DNA from: a virus
Direction: 5' to 3' (one strand)
IMG/VR virus record: IMGVR_UViG_3300032373_000002
Span: 32,001-96,000 of that record
Length of the DNA: 64,000 nt
The notes beneath the pieces were generated by a model, which saw only the letters and a list, made by a program, of their open reading frames with translations, searched no databases and was not told the DNA's origin. This document shows, piece by piece, positions 45,574 through 55,933 of the stretch. Within the stretch, counting starts at the first letter, position 1. Each line of letters begins with the position of its first letter. The position numbers and the translations under genes are program-made.

Positions 45574-45758
45574 GCTGGAGCCTGCGGCAACCGCCGGGGA
45601 GATCTACTCTTGGCTGGCGGACTTCAGTGTAGACGACGAGGTCTGGGTCTACAACTCGTTGTAGACCCAGACCTCCGATCGCCGCAGCTTTCGGGATGGG
45701 GTCTGCCGAAGTTCGAGGTCAAGTATATAGGCTTGCCCGAAGAATGAGGTGAGCCGTT

Positions 45759-46259
45759 ATGACGACCCAAGCCGAAGAAGAACTCGCAGAATTCCGGGAA
45801 GCGTTCGAGCAGTTCCCCGACACCTACGCACGCCGGCAGTTCCTCCAAGAACTGGATGACTTGGGAGCCATCGCAGCCCTCACGGACCTCGAAGAGATCA
45901 GCGCCTTGGACTTCGTGAAGATGCTCCAGGATGGGAGCCTGTCCCGAGGGATCAGGAAGGCGTTCGGGGTTGCTCGGAGGTTGATGGGGGACCGCCTCAG
46001 CTACATGAAGTGGCGGGTCAAGCACCCGAGCCTGGATGCAACGGGAGACCAGGACTACGACTGGGATGTTTCTTCCTACGCCTACAGGAAGTGGACCGAC
46101 GCCGCCCACGACGCCCAGCGGCAGAACAGGCACGACAAGCTCATCAAGTTCTGCCGCGAGCTGTCAGAACGGAGCGGAGTGGTGTTTGCTCCGGCCGACG
46201 CCTACCGGAACCCCAAGAAGATGGCAGCGGCCCTGTTCCCGGACGAAGAGACGAAATAA
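45759..46259 (+). CDS. hypothetical protein
   Basis: GAGG RBS. Confidence 0.6.
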   Translation: MTTQAEEELAEFREAFEQFPDTYARRQFLQELDDLGAIAALTDLEEISALDFVKMLQDGSLSRGIRKAFGVARRLMGDRLSYMKWRVKHPSLDATGDQDYDWDVSSYAYRKWTDAAHDAQRQNRHDKLIKFCRELSERSGVVFAPADAYRNPKKMAAALFPDEETK

Positions 46260-46435
46260 GCGTGTCGAGGAGAGGGGTAAGGGTCCCCTCGACACGCTTA
46301 ATTGAAATGTAGAACAAACGCGCAGCAGAGGGCGCAGCAGAGAGTGCTGTCCCTTGAGATACAGAGGACATTCGCCGTGTACGAATGTTCCATCGTCCCG
46401 GCAGATAGGCCCACGACCGGGTCGAGGAGACTGAA

Positions 46436-47008
46436 GTGAACATCACGATCGTGGGCGCAGGAGCGCTCGGTTCTCATGTAGTGCTGATGCTGCGGAACCG
46501 ACCGGAGAAGCTGACCGTCATCGACTTCGACCGGGTGGAGCAGAAGAACCTCCTCGGTCAGATGCACACGAAGATGGGGCTGCGGAGGAACAAGGCCCAG
46601 GCCCTCCAGCAGATGATGCAGGGGATGTTCGGGGTGCGGGTCGGAGTCAAGTCCGTCGAGCTTCGCAAGGACAACAGCGAAGCCCTCCTCCAGGACTCAG
46701 GGTTGGTCCTGGACTGCACCGACAACATCAAGGCGAGGCAAGAGCTCCAGCTTCACTGCCTGGGCTACGGCACCCCGCTGTTGCACGGAGCCCTGGCTGC
46801 AGACGGCACCTTCGGGCGGGTGGTGTGGACCGAGCACTTCCGCCCCGACCCCGAGACCCAGGGTGCTGCGACCTGCGAGGGTGGGGCCAACCTCCACTTC
46901 CATGTCATGGTAGCCGCGCACCTCGTGAGGGCAACCGTAGACTGGCTGGAAACGGGGAAGCAAGCGTCTTACAACATCCTCCCCGCAGGGGTGGTTCGAA
47001 TCGCATAG
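46436..47008 (+). CDS. ThiF/MoeB-family E1-like adenylyltransferase
   Basis: IVGAGALGS, IDFDRVEQKNL..Q, KAQAL, LDCTDN...R, ATCE (candidate catalytic Cys). Confidence 0.9.
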   Translation: MNITIVGAGALGSHVVLMLRNRPEKLTVIDFDRVEQKNLLGQMHTKMGLRRNKAQALQQMMQGMFGVRVGVKSVELRKDNSEALLQDSGLVLDCTDNIKARQELQLHCLGYGTPLLHGALAADGTFGRVVWTEHFRPDPETQGAATCEGGANLHFHVMVAAHLVRATVDWLETGKQASYNILPAGVVRIA

Positions 47009-47058
47009 GTCCGAGCTTGGACGGCACCGTAACCTCCTGACATAACTGGGAGCCCCCA

Positions 47059-48186
47059 ATGAAATTGATGCGCAGCGATATCATCTCCGCCATGAAACAC
47101 CACATCCAAGAGCTTCGGGGGACCGAATCGGTTGCCTGGTCGGCAGTCGCTGTAGCGACAACCGCCTTTGTCGTCGAGGTCTTCCAGGGAGGCCCGACCC
47201 TGGCCGGGGGTGGCGTCGCGTTCATGGTCTTGATGGTCGCGGTATTCTTGAGGAAGGACTTGAACTCCCTGAACCAAGACCGCAAGAACATCACCCGCAA
47301 GCTGGACGAGAGCCTGGGTGAGCCAGACCCCGGAGAGTGACATGGACACAGAAGACGCGCGGGCGATCCTGAGTGAGCACCTCCGGCTGGCCCAGCTTGC
47401 TCGGTGCTCACTCCGAGATGCCGTTCTGGTCAACTTGACCAGAACCCTCAAGATCCAGTTCTGGTTGGCGGTTCCTCCCCTCCTGGCCATCGTGGCCGGG
47501 GTCGCAGCCCTCCTCAGCGGGGACCTCCAATTTCTATGGCTCGCAGTGCTGGCAGCCTCCGGGACCTTGTGGGTCGGAACCGCCACCACCAAAAGTCTGG
47601 GCAAAATCACAGCCGCCTGCGACCTGGATGTCCAGTGCCACAAGGGGGAGATCGACTCCCTCCGCCGGAAGATGGGGTCGTGATCCGCCCAAACACTGCC
47701 CGAAGCCTGAACATCCTGGCGGGGATCTGGTCGGTGACCCTGGGTATCAGCGGGATGAGCTTGGCCACCAGCTTCGTGCTCGACTTGGGGGACGGTGCCC
47801 TCTGGTGTCCGGTCCTATTCGGGTTGACGTTCCTCTGCGCCGTTGCCGGGGGTTGGGAAACGCGACGACTTCAGAAGAGGCTCTCGTGAGATGAGTCGGG
47901 GGAGAACCTTGTGGAATGGTCTGACTTCTGGCATGCAATGAAGGTGAGCGCCATGGTCGCAGCAGCATCGGCCCCGTTTTGCTGGGGCATGATGGTCTGG
48001 GCCTTCCGTGGCATGGGGCGGGAGAAGCAACGGCTGGGATGTCCGGATGGGGTCGGGCGGGTGGAGTGGGCGCACTACCTGGAAGTCCGAGGCAAGCTGA
48101 AGCAGCTCCCCTACGAAGAGAGCTACGAGGCGGAGAAGGCTGTCCAGCGTCACTTCAGGAGGAAGGCCCAGTGCCCGAAGAGGTAG
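47059..48186 (+). CDS. run of four small membrane proteins (47059-47340, 47318-47683, 47680-47889, 47911-48186)
   Basis: Coupled ORFs, each with 1-2 hydrophobic helices. Confidence 0.55.
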
Positions 48187-48414
48187 ACCTCGAACGCATC
48201 TATGACCTCTTGGAGCAGGACTACGCCGCCTTCGAACAGGGGGTAGAGCTGACTCTCTCTTTAGGCGTCGAGCTTGAGGCGGACTGGGCTGCCTACATCC
48301 AGCGGCGTCAAAGAATCCAGGCACAGCCTGGGGGATACCTGGCCATCCACTTTTCCCCCAGGCAGCGGAAAAGGTTCCAGCGAGGGAAGGCCCTGCTTAA
48401 CCTAAAGGGTTGAC

Positions 48415-49089
48415 ATGTTCCCCTACTTCGGATCTAAACGGAGGGCGGCATACCGATACCCGGAGCCCGAGTACTCCACAGTGATCGAACCTTTTGCCGG
48501 CTCGGCATCCTATTCTCTCCACCACAGGCCGGAAAAGGTCATTGCTGTAGAGTACGACCGGCGGGTGTTCGAGCTCTGGCAGCGGCTCTTAGAACTCAGG
48601 GAGACTCCGCCGCCGCCAGAAATCGGAACACGCACCGAAGACCTGTTTCACATGCTGTTGACCTACAGCGAGCATGCGCTCACCAGCAAGTACATGACGG
48701 TCACCTCACGAATGGTCCGGGATTGGAATGCCATTCACCGGAGGATCCTGGAAGAGTCCCGCTACGTTCGAGGGGCGTTCACATTCCTGCAAGGCAGCTA
48801 CGAGGACGCCCCAGACATCGAAGCTACCTGGTTCATCGACCCACCCTACCAATACGCCAACAAGAGGGGCTATCTACACGGGGCCTCCAGCATAAACTTC
48901 GACCGCCTTCGGGAGTTCTGCCTGAGCCGGAAAGGTCAAGTCATCGTGGCCGAGCAGGAAGGGGCTGACTGGCTGGACTTCAAGCCGTTGTTCTCCCAAC
49001 CCTCGCACAGGGGCAGCCGCAGTACCGAAGTAGTCTACATCAAAGAGCGGCCTATACAGGATGTCTTCGGAGTTTTGTTTGAGGGGTAG
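48415..49089 (+). CDS. DNA adenine methyltransferase (D12 class)
   Basis: YFGSK, EPFAGS, FIDPPY. Confidence 0.88.
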   Translation: MFPYFGSKRRAAYRYPEPEYSTVIEPFAGSASYSLHHRPEKVIAVEYDRRVFELWQRLLELRETPPPPEIGTRTEDLFHMLLTYSEHALTSKYMTVTSRMVRDWNAIHRRILEESRYVRGAFTFLQGSYEDAPDIEATWFIDPPYQYANKRGYLHGASSINFDRLREFCLSRKGQVIVAEQEGADWLDFKPLFSQPSHRGSRSTEVVYIKERPIQDVFGVLFEG

Positions 49090-49100
49090 ACTGGCCTCAG

Positions 49101-49493
49101 TTGAGGTGCAGACCCTTGAGCAACCGTATCCGCCTACACAGACTGGACGAGACACCCATCGGGTGGTGTCGTCCCGAAGCCGTAGAAGCCTTGGAGTCTT
49201 CCGGCTCCGTTGCTTGGGCGAACGGCAAGCTGTACTTGACCCTCCCTGGAGTGGACATATCAACCCCCGCCCCCTTCGAGGTGGGGGAAGCTGTTTGGGT
49301 TATCCTGGGAGGCAAAGAGCTCCCAGGATGGATCCGGGCAGTCATCTTCGCGGCCGGCAATGTGCGGTATTCCGTCCGGGTGCCCGTGGGCGCGGGAGAC
49401 CTCAACCTGACCACCCTACACCGCATCGAAGGTCAGCTCTTGGAACCCCGAGAAGCGCCGTCGATGCGGTTCGACTACGACCCATACTCGTGA
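49101..49493 (+). CDS. hypothetical protein
   Basis: 130-aa ORF. Confidence 0.5.
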   Translation: MRCRPLSNRIRLHRLDETPIGWCRPEAVEALESSGSVAWANGKLYLTLPGVDISTPAPFEVGEAVWVILGGKELPGWIRAVIFAAGNVRYSVRVPVGAGDLNLTTLHRIEGQLLEPREAPSMRFDYDPYS

Positions 49494-49501
49494 GGAATAA
49501 G

Positions 49502-49816
49502 ATGAGCGAAGAAGCTGGCGGGATCCTGACGTTCGAGCAGTTCATGGCGGTTAATCCCCGACAAGACCTGGAGTGGAAGAACCCCCAGGAGAGCTGGCGA
49601 GGCTACACGCTCTTCCGGACGGGCTTCGAGGCGGTGGAGATGGAAATGGGAGATGTCATCGCCCTGGCCGTCAAGCGGGGAGCCGGCCAGGACTACCCCG
49701 ACACCCACTACGTGTTCAGTGCAGCCTCCCAGACCCTCCACAGGATCCCCTTCGACCCCGACCGGGACCTGGTCTCCTGGGTGCCCCTTGAGGGTGCCCC
49801 CGGAGCATCGTTCTAA
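49502..49816 (+). CDS. hypothetical protein
   Basis: GAGG RBS. Confidence 0.55.
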   Translation: MSEEAGGILTFEQFMAVNPRQDLEWKNPQESWRGYTLFRTGFEAVEMEMGDVIALAVKRGAGQDYPDTHYVFSAASQTLHRIPFDPDRDLVSWVPLEGAPGASF

Positions 49817-49819
49817 CCG

Positions 49820-50368
49820 ATGTCCGTAGGAACACTGCTCTTCTTCGGGTTGCTGGCCCACTTCTGGGGCGACTACTGCCTCCAAAACCACTGGATGGCC
49901 AACAACAAGACCAAACCGGGACGCACAGGCTTCGTCGCCTGTACGCTGCATGCCCTCTTCTACACGGGGCCCTTCCTGATCGTTGGCTTGATTGCCGGGG
50001 TGAGCCTGACCTACCTGTTGGGAGGCTTGGCCGCCATCGGAGGCACCCACTGGCTGATCGACCGGAGTCGGCTGGCTGCCTCGTGGTGCGACTTCTGGGG
50101 CGTCGGGGCCTTCGGGTCCCTACCCGGCACAATCGCCCGACTCCAAGGGTGGGAACACAACCCCAGCACCGGCAAGTGGTCCCGAGAGGTAGTGGTGGCG
50201 GAGCACCCCGTCTACGGAATCTCCGCGTCAGAGGCCCGGCACTTCGAAGTGCCTGATGCCCCTCCCTGGCTCAAGACCTGGTTGGTGATCATCGTGGACA
50301 ACACCTGGCACCTCACCATAAACTCCACCGTAATCTTGATCTGGATGGCCCCGCTCACCAACATGTAG
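49820..50368 (+). CDS. DUF3307-like membrane protein
   Basis: AHFWGDYCLQ..WMA..K, HALFY, THWLID, DNTWH. Confidence 0.82.
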   Translation: MSVGTLLFFGLLAHFWGDYCLQNHWMANNKTKPGRTGFVACTLHALFYTGPFLIVGLIAGVSLTYLLGGLAAIGGTHWLIDRSRLAASWCDFWGVGAFGSLPGTIARLQGWEHNPSTGKWSREVVVAEHPVYGISASEARHFEVPDAPPWLKTWLVIIVDNTWHLTINSTVILIWMAPLTNM

Positions 50369-50384
50369 GGGCTGGGAGGCTGAG

Positions 50385-51525
50385 ATGAGCGTGAGGGGAT
50401 GGGGGTGCTACCTCCTCGGAGGCGAGGCGAGAGTGGCCGCTCTGGCGGCGGAGAGGGTTCTGAAAGCGTACTCCGAGCGGGGGGTCCAGGGGGTGGCTGA
50501 GATGTACCAGTCACCCCCTTCCGCGGACCGCATCTTCGAAGATGCGGTCCGCGAGGCGCTCAAGGTCCAAGTGAGTCAGCTGGTCAACGGATTACACCAC
50601 AACACCAAGAAGTTGATCGTCCGGCTGGCCGAAATCCGGTGCAAGCAAGAATTGGGCCTCCCGTAAGACCTACCGCCCCCAAGGCGGGAGAGTTTGCGGT
50701 GAAAGAGAACAAGATGCCCCGAGTGATGCGGCTCATCTTCTGGGTGAGTTACTGCTGGAGCGGGATCACGGGTGGTCGGCCCACGATGATCAACAACCTG
50801 GGGCAGGGCATCGCGCAGATGCTCCTCGACCAGACCCAGGAGGACGGGAACGAACTCCAGAAGGTCTTCGCCCAGGACATGCGGGAAGGCTGGGTCCCCT
50901 CCGAAGGGAACATCCAAGCGACAGTGGGCCGCCTGGTCGAGAGCATCCTTGCCGAGATGCCCTTCCTCAAGGCCGAGGAGCGCAAGGCGATCGGCACCCA
51001 GGTCTCGGAGAAGCTGGTCCCCGTCTACCTGGAGAAGGCCATCGTCGCCTACAACCAGGAGCTGGGGCGAGGGGTCAGCCAGCTCCTGGGAGCGGGGGAA
51101 TGAAACCGCTCATCCTCTCTCTCAAGGTGTTCTTCGCGGTCGTGCTCGGCAAACGGTCCCAGTACATCGCCTTGATCTCCGACGACATCTCCGAAGACGA
51201 GATCAACCTGCTCCAGGATGGGCGCGAGGATACCCTCATCGAAGAGTTCATGCGCGCCAACCGCGGGCGAGGGGCTTTCGAAAATCCAGCCGTCGATGCG
51301 ATGTTGGTCGAAGAGCGGCAGTACGATGACATCCGAGGGCGCGTCCTCCAGCGCCTCCAGAAGAAGTCCTGGCTCAAAGAGGACGCCCGGAAGATCATCA
51401 TCAACAAGGCCAGCGCGAAGATCCTCGCCCACCTCCGCTTTCGAAGGACTGTGGGAAAGATGGTCGGCGCGCACAACCAGCGGGTACAGCACAAGAGCAA
51501 GGTCCCGCCCAGCACCGCTGAGTGA
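50385..51525 (+). CDS. three hypothetical proteins (50385-50666, 50714-51103, 51100-51525)
   Basis: Consecutive ORFs with plausible RBS or coupling. Confidence 0.55.
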
Positions 51526-51638
51526 GTTCGGCCCCTTCGGGGGCTCCCAGAGCCTCGTACTCTGAGTCCACCTTACACCCAACCCGCCCTCACACCCTCA
51601 GAAGAAAGGGTACAGGGACCAGTTGAGAGGACTCAACG

Positions 51639-52592
51639 ATGAGTAAGCAAGCAGTGCTGATGGTCACCCAGCTGGGTGACCAGGAAATCCAGGTCGGTCG
51701 GTGTTCCCACGCACAAGCGCGACTGATGGCGAAGAAGAACCACGGCCGCATCAAGAACGGCAAGCTCTACATCCAACTGAGACCCGTTCATGTGGATGCA
51801 GCCCAAAACAGCATCCACACCCTCCAGAAGACCCACGACCCTCAAGTCTCCCGTGCGGAGCTCGATCGCCGTCTGGAGTGGCTCAAAGGCTTGGTCTCCG
51901 GGGTCACCAAGTGCCAGCTCGCGCAGCTGGAGAGCGAGAAGTCCCCTCGCGTCCGCTGGAGCCAACCGTCGAGGAAGTCTTGGCCATCGCTCACTACGCC
52001 AGAGCAAGAGGAATGGGCAGCAGAGGTCCGAGATGCCTTGAAAAGCTGGGAAGAACACCCAAACCTCACCCCGGCTTCCCCGGAGCCCTTCACCGTCGAG
52101 GGGGAAGAAGTGTTCCGGCAGACCCCAGGCGAATACGACACCCAAGAACTCCAGCAAATGTGGGAAAATTGCGGGGGTGTGGACCAGAAAACCGTCGAGC
52201 ATGCCTATAGGGCGTACGGAACCTCCTATGCCCCCACCCCTCAAGGGGGCCTGACCCCAAAGGTCGAAGCCGCCCTGGTGGAGGACCGTCCTGAAGAAAG
52301 CGAAGAGGAGGTTATCAAACACCACCACCGGCTCCGGGACCAACGAAGAGCTGAGATGGAACAAGGATACAGCAACCTCTCCGTCCAAAACGACATCACC
52401 TTGACGCTCGGCGGAGAGATGACCTCCGAAGCCTTGAGGGAGAAGTGGGGGGCGGAAGTGTTAGCCGACGCCGGTTGGAAAGAGCAAGACGGCTGGTGCT
52501 ACTGGGGGCGTCACGCCTTGGACCTCTCCGAGGCCCATGAGGAGCCCAACGAGTACCGGGTCGTGTGGACCCGTGGCCAGCCGGTCGATTAG
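51639..52592 (+). CDS. hypothetical protein with PLMP/RRXRR-like N-terminus
   Basis: CSHAQARLMAKKNHG...YIQL resembles the PLMP domain; no nuclease motifs follow. Confidence 0.55.
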   Translation: MSKQAVLMVTQLGDQEIQVGRCSHAQARLMAKKNHGRIKNGKLYIQLRPVHVDAAQNSIHTLQKTHDPQVSRAELDRRLEWLKGLVSGVTKCQLAQLESEKSPRVRWSQPSRKSWPSLTTPEQEEWAAEVRDALKSWEEHPNLTPASPEPFTVEGEEVFRQTPGEYDTQELQQMWENCGGVDQKTVEHAYRAYGTSYAPTPQGGLTPKVEAALVEDRPEESEEEVIKHHHRLRDQRRAEMEQGYSNLSVQNDITLTLGGEMTSEALREKWGAEVLADAGWKEQDGWCYWGRHALDLSEAHEEPNEYRVVWTRGQPVD

Positions 52593-52654
52593 AGTCCGGC
52601 CCCGGTAACTGCCAAGAGGTTAGGGGGAGGCGTCCTCCGCTCTTGGAGTTCTTC

Positions 52655-53026
52655 GTGAAGAAAGCCGTCATCATCCCCTCCTTGGAGGGGATTCTGCTCA
52701 AGGTAGAAGGGGACGACACCTCGACGCCCCGGTTCATCAATGCGCTGGTTCCAGTGGAACAAACAGAAGAGGGACTGCCAGCCCCGCTCCAACTGTACCG
52801 CTATGTGGAGCTGGGTCAGCTACCGGAGATCGTCCGGCTGATGATCGACGACCCCAAAGTGGGGGAAGCCGTGCGGATGGCGACCCGCTTTGAGGACAAC
52901 CTCATCCCCCGCATGGTCGAGATGGGTGTGACAGCTTACCAACGGCAGGTCATCCTGGAGTGGATGTACCCGGCCAAGAGATTCCCCCAGCAGTGGAAGC
53001 ACGGGGACAGCAAGGTAGACCTCTGA
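52655..53026 (+). CDS. hypothetical protein
   Basis: GGAG RBS. Confidence 0.55.
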   Translation: MKKAVIIPSLEGILLKVEGDDTSTPRFINALVPVEQTEEGLPAPLQLYRYVELGQLPEIVRLMIDDPKVGEAVRMATRFEDNLIPRMVEMGVTAYQRQVILEWMYPAKRFPQQWKHGDSKVDL

Positions 53027-53086
53027 TTCTCGAAAGCAAGCCAAAGAGCTGAAGGCCACCGTAACACCGGAGACAGAGGGGACCTC

Positions 53087-53308
53087 ATGAGGCAGAACAA
53101 AGCGTACACCGTCAACGGGGAAATCATCCTCGAAGGGCGGGCCTACCTGGACGGTGACGGAGAGACCATCTGCTGGGAATGTGCTGCCCACAGCGCCACG
53201 GCCGAAGACGAGCCCGACAACTTCCTCCCGGTGGCTGAGGTGTGGAACCTGACGCCGGGAGAGACTTGCTCAGGGTGTTCAGCACCGCTGAGTGAGGAAC
53301 AGGAATGA
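53087..53308 (+). CDS. small Zn-binding protein
   Basis: CWEC and CSGC. Confidence 0.6.
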   Translation: MRQNKAYTVNGEIILEGRAYLDGDGETICWECAAHSATAEDEPDNFLPVAEVWNLTPGETCSGCSAPLSEEQE

Positions 53309-53823
53309 CGGCCACAGCCCGAGAGAGGGAACGGTTGGGGGAGATGCTCCGGAGCGGCGGAGAGCATCGGGCGCAAGCCTTGGAGCTGATCTCCACTCTC
53401 AAAGAGGAGGCGGAGGTCTTCCTCAAGGCGCAGTTCGAGCGCCCCCTCGAAGTTCCCTTCACCGTTTCTACGCGCTCCACCCACTATCCCCGTACCTCCG
53501 ACATCCGAGGGTGCTGGTGCAAGGAGTGCGCCGAGGCGTTCTGCGTTGAGGTGCGCAACCCTGCCCGAGAGTGGGCCGTGCAATGCGTCCACGGGGCGAT
53601 AGACGGCAACTCTGGTAACATCTTCCAGCGCTGCCAGAGGTGCTTCACGTGGCTCGACATTCCCCGGATACCGTACTACATCGGGGAATACCGCCTCAGC
53701 CTGAAAGCGCTGGGCCAGGTCAGCCCTCAAGAAATCTGGCTGGCTGGTCGCGCTGGAGCAGAATCCAGCGGCATCGCCTGGCTGGCGGTAGTTGCTGACT
53801 GGAAGAAGGCCAAGAAGCTATAG
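53305..53823 (+). CDS. paralog-family protein with GGEHRAQALEL motif and CxxC pairs
   Basis: WCKEC and CQRCFTWL. Confidence 0.65.
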   Translation: MTATARERERLGEMLRSGGEHRAQALELISTLKEEAEVFLKAQFERPLEVPFTVSTRSTHYPRTSDIRGCWCKECAEAFCVEVRNPAREWAVQCVHGAIDGNSGNIFQRCQRCFTWLDIPRIPYYIGEYRLSLKALGQVSPQEIWLAGRAGAESSGIAWLAVVADWKKAKKL

Positions 53824-53903
53824 ATAAAAAAGCGTTTGCGCGGAAGGCTGAGGGTGCTACCCTTTGGGCGCACCCCGGCAAAACAACTACACGAAAGGTT
53901 CCT

Positions 53904-54266
53904 ATGATCTCTCTCATCCTGATGCTCGCTACCTCACCAGCCCTCGCAGACGGCTACCAGTTCGACGGCTACCCGCTGCACGACTACGGCTACAACCACG
54001 GCATGACCGGCTATGTGGTGTACGACGCGGCGGGGGAATTCGTGTCCAACTTGATCGGATGCGTTCAGGCTGGCCCCGTCATCACAGCCAGCATCGCCCA
54101 CCTGAACGGCCACGAAGCGACCTGCTCCGGCGGGGTCGACATTGACCTCTACAACCCGCCCGGCTGCGATGGGGTTATCTGGGTCACCTGCCAGGGCTCC
54201 CAACTCCTGATCGACGGAGTGGCGGCAGAGGTCGGGGACACCATCGCGGCATCCGCCACTCCGTGA
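53904..54266 (+). CDS. secreted hypothetical protein
   Basis: Signal peptide ending ALA. Confidence 0.6.
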   Translation: MISLILMLATSPALADGYQFDGYPLHDYGYNHGMTGYVVYDAAGEFVSNLIGCVQAGPVITASIAHLNGHEATCSGGVDIDLYNPPGCDGVIWVTCQGSQLLIDGVAAEVGDTIAASATP

Positions 54267-54383
54267 GGGAGTCCCCGAAGAGGGATTGACTATTGAGGGC
54301 CGGATCTCATGAGATCCGGCCCTCAATTTATGGAGAGCTGGACCCCAAAGTAACCAGCGGGGAAACCGACCCGAGGGTACGCA

Positions 54384-54905
54384 ATGAATGAGGATGAGGT
54401 AGCGGAAGACCGATGGCAAAATCTCTTCTGCCTGTCTTTGTCCCAGGCAGAAGAGATTTTGGAAGCGTTGGAGGGACCGATCGCGCGGAGGATCGAGAGC
54501 ATGAGCAAGGCCCCCCGACTGGACCCCTGGCGCGTCGACGCAGTAGGGGGCGACTACGAGCCCCCCTACTGCGAACCTTGCGCGAAGGAAACCGCCCGGA
54601 CGGCCCGGAGAAGGTACTCCGTGCCCGCAGAAGCCAGAGAAGGACTTCGGCAAGGGGCAGGAGTCCTTCGCAACTCCTGCCAGCGCTGCTTCGCGTGGCT
54701 GAATCTCAATCCCCGATGGGACAGGCAACTCTTCAAGGTGACCTCATGTCTGGAGGACTGGCCCCTGCGTCGAGTACACCCATATGTCATCCTGGGGTTC
54801 CTGGGGTTCCTGGGGGGGCGTCGAGTATCCGCCCCCCGGCAGCGGTGTAAGGCGATCGACCTGGCGGAGCGATACCTGCGGGTCAAGGGGGTCACCCTGG
54901 AGTAA
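54384..54905 (+). CDS. Zn-binding paralog of 53305-53823
   Basis: YCEPC and CQRCFAWL. Confidence 0.65.
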   Translation: MNEDEVAEDRWQNLFCLSLSQAEEILEALEGPIARRIESMSKAPRLDPWRVDAVGGDYEPPYCEPCAKETARTARRRYSVPAEAREGLRQGAGVLRNSCQRCFAWLNLNPRWDRQLFKVTSCLEDWPLRRVHPYVILGFLGFLGGRRVSAPRQRCKAIDLAERYLRVKGVTLE

Positions 54906-54939
54906 GGGTCCCCTGTTTTCTTTATAAGCCAACCCAGTC

Positions 54940-55905
54940 ATGAATCTCCGTCGCATCTTGGCTCAAGAGGGCCTCCTTCGAATCCGGACAGCCTCCACCA
55001 AGAGGAGGTTCTTCCACGGCACATCCTCCAATTTCTTACCGAACATCCAGAGCAAAGGGCTCTTGGGAACACCGCCGCAGCGGGTCTGGGAAGACAACCT
55101 CACTGCAATCCCGGGCCACGTGTACCTGACCACGAGCCTACGCACTGCCAAGGACTACGCCATGAGCGCGTCCGGGAAGTTCGGGGGCGAGCCTCTCTTC
55201 TTGGTGGTGGAGCTGGACCGGGATGACCCCCGCATCTCAGCAGAAGAGGACCTGATCCCCAAGGTGCATGGACTGATCATCGATCAGAACGTACACGGGC
55301 TGGCCAAAGGCGAGTTCAGCCCCCTGTGGATCCTCCACGAGTACTTCGATCAAGGCCGGATGCCCTACAAAGGCATGAGCCCTCGGGACGAACTGCGATA
55401 CCTCAATGCACTCTTCGGGGCGAGGACCCTCCGCCACTACATCGACCAAGAAAAAGGGGCCTTCCGGAACATGAAGGACCCCCGCCCACACTGGTCCGAC
55501 AACATGGATGACGAGCAGATTGCGAAGATGCTCCCCAACCTACGGAAGAAAGGGGGGGAGGACTTCTACGATGCGTTAGGGGCGGTGGCCATGAGCGGGT
55601 TCGTTGACCCTGAGCGCATCCTGGACTTTCTCTCCAGCGGGATCGTCACGCAGCTCATGGATGCCCCCTCAGAGAGCGGGGGCAACAGGTCCAAGACCTG
55701 GATGCGCCAGAAAGCTCAGTGGGAGAAGCAATGGCCGGAGTGGTTCGGCCCCGAGGCAGGGCTGGTCACCAAGGAGCGCCCCACTGTCATGGTAGAGGCT
55801 CGCTCCCTTCGACCGCAAGAGATGTGGGAAGTGCCTGCGGAAAACCTCCCCCGCATCCGCAGGTACGAAGACCTCTGGGGGTGGGGGACTGAGGTAAGCC
55901 GGTAA
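54940..55905 (+). CDS. ADP-ribosyltransferase/Tpt1-like fold protein with MNLRRILAQEGL leader
   Basis: FFHGTS...I...GL, HVYLTT....A..YA, GGEPLFLVV. Confidence 0.65.
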   Translation: MNLRRILAQEGLLRIRTASTKRRFFHGTSSNFLPNIQSKGLLGTPPQRVWEDNLTAIPGHVYLTTSLRTAKDYAMSASGKFGGEPLFLVVELDRDDPRISAEEDLIPKVHGLIIDQNVHGLAKGEFSPLWILHEYFDQGRMPYKGMSPRDELRYLNALFGARTLRHYIDQEKGAFRNMKDPRPHWSDNMDDEQIAKMLPNLRKKGGEDFYDALGAVAMSGFVDPERILDFLSSGIVTQLMDAPSESGGNRSKTWMRQKAQWEKQWPEWFGPEAGLVTKERPTVMVEARSLRPQEMWEVPAENLPRIRRYEDLWGWGTEVSR

Positions 55906-55933
55906 CTCCTACGCACCCCATGTAGGAGAGCGC

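Noticed and set aside
46258-46299. Hairpin AAGCGTGTCGAGG/CCTCGACACGCTT
   Set aside because: Probably an ordinary terminator or stability hairpin
46436-47008. ThiF/MoeB for thiamine or molybdopterin synthesis
   Set aside because: No ThiG, MoaE or rhodanese partners; the JAB and candidate E2/Ubl context fits conjugation better
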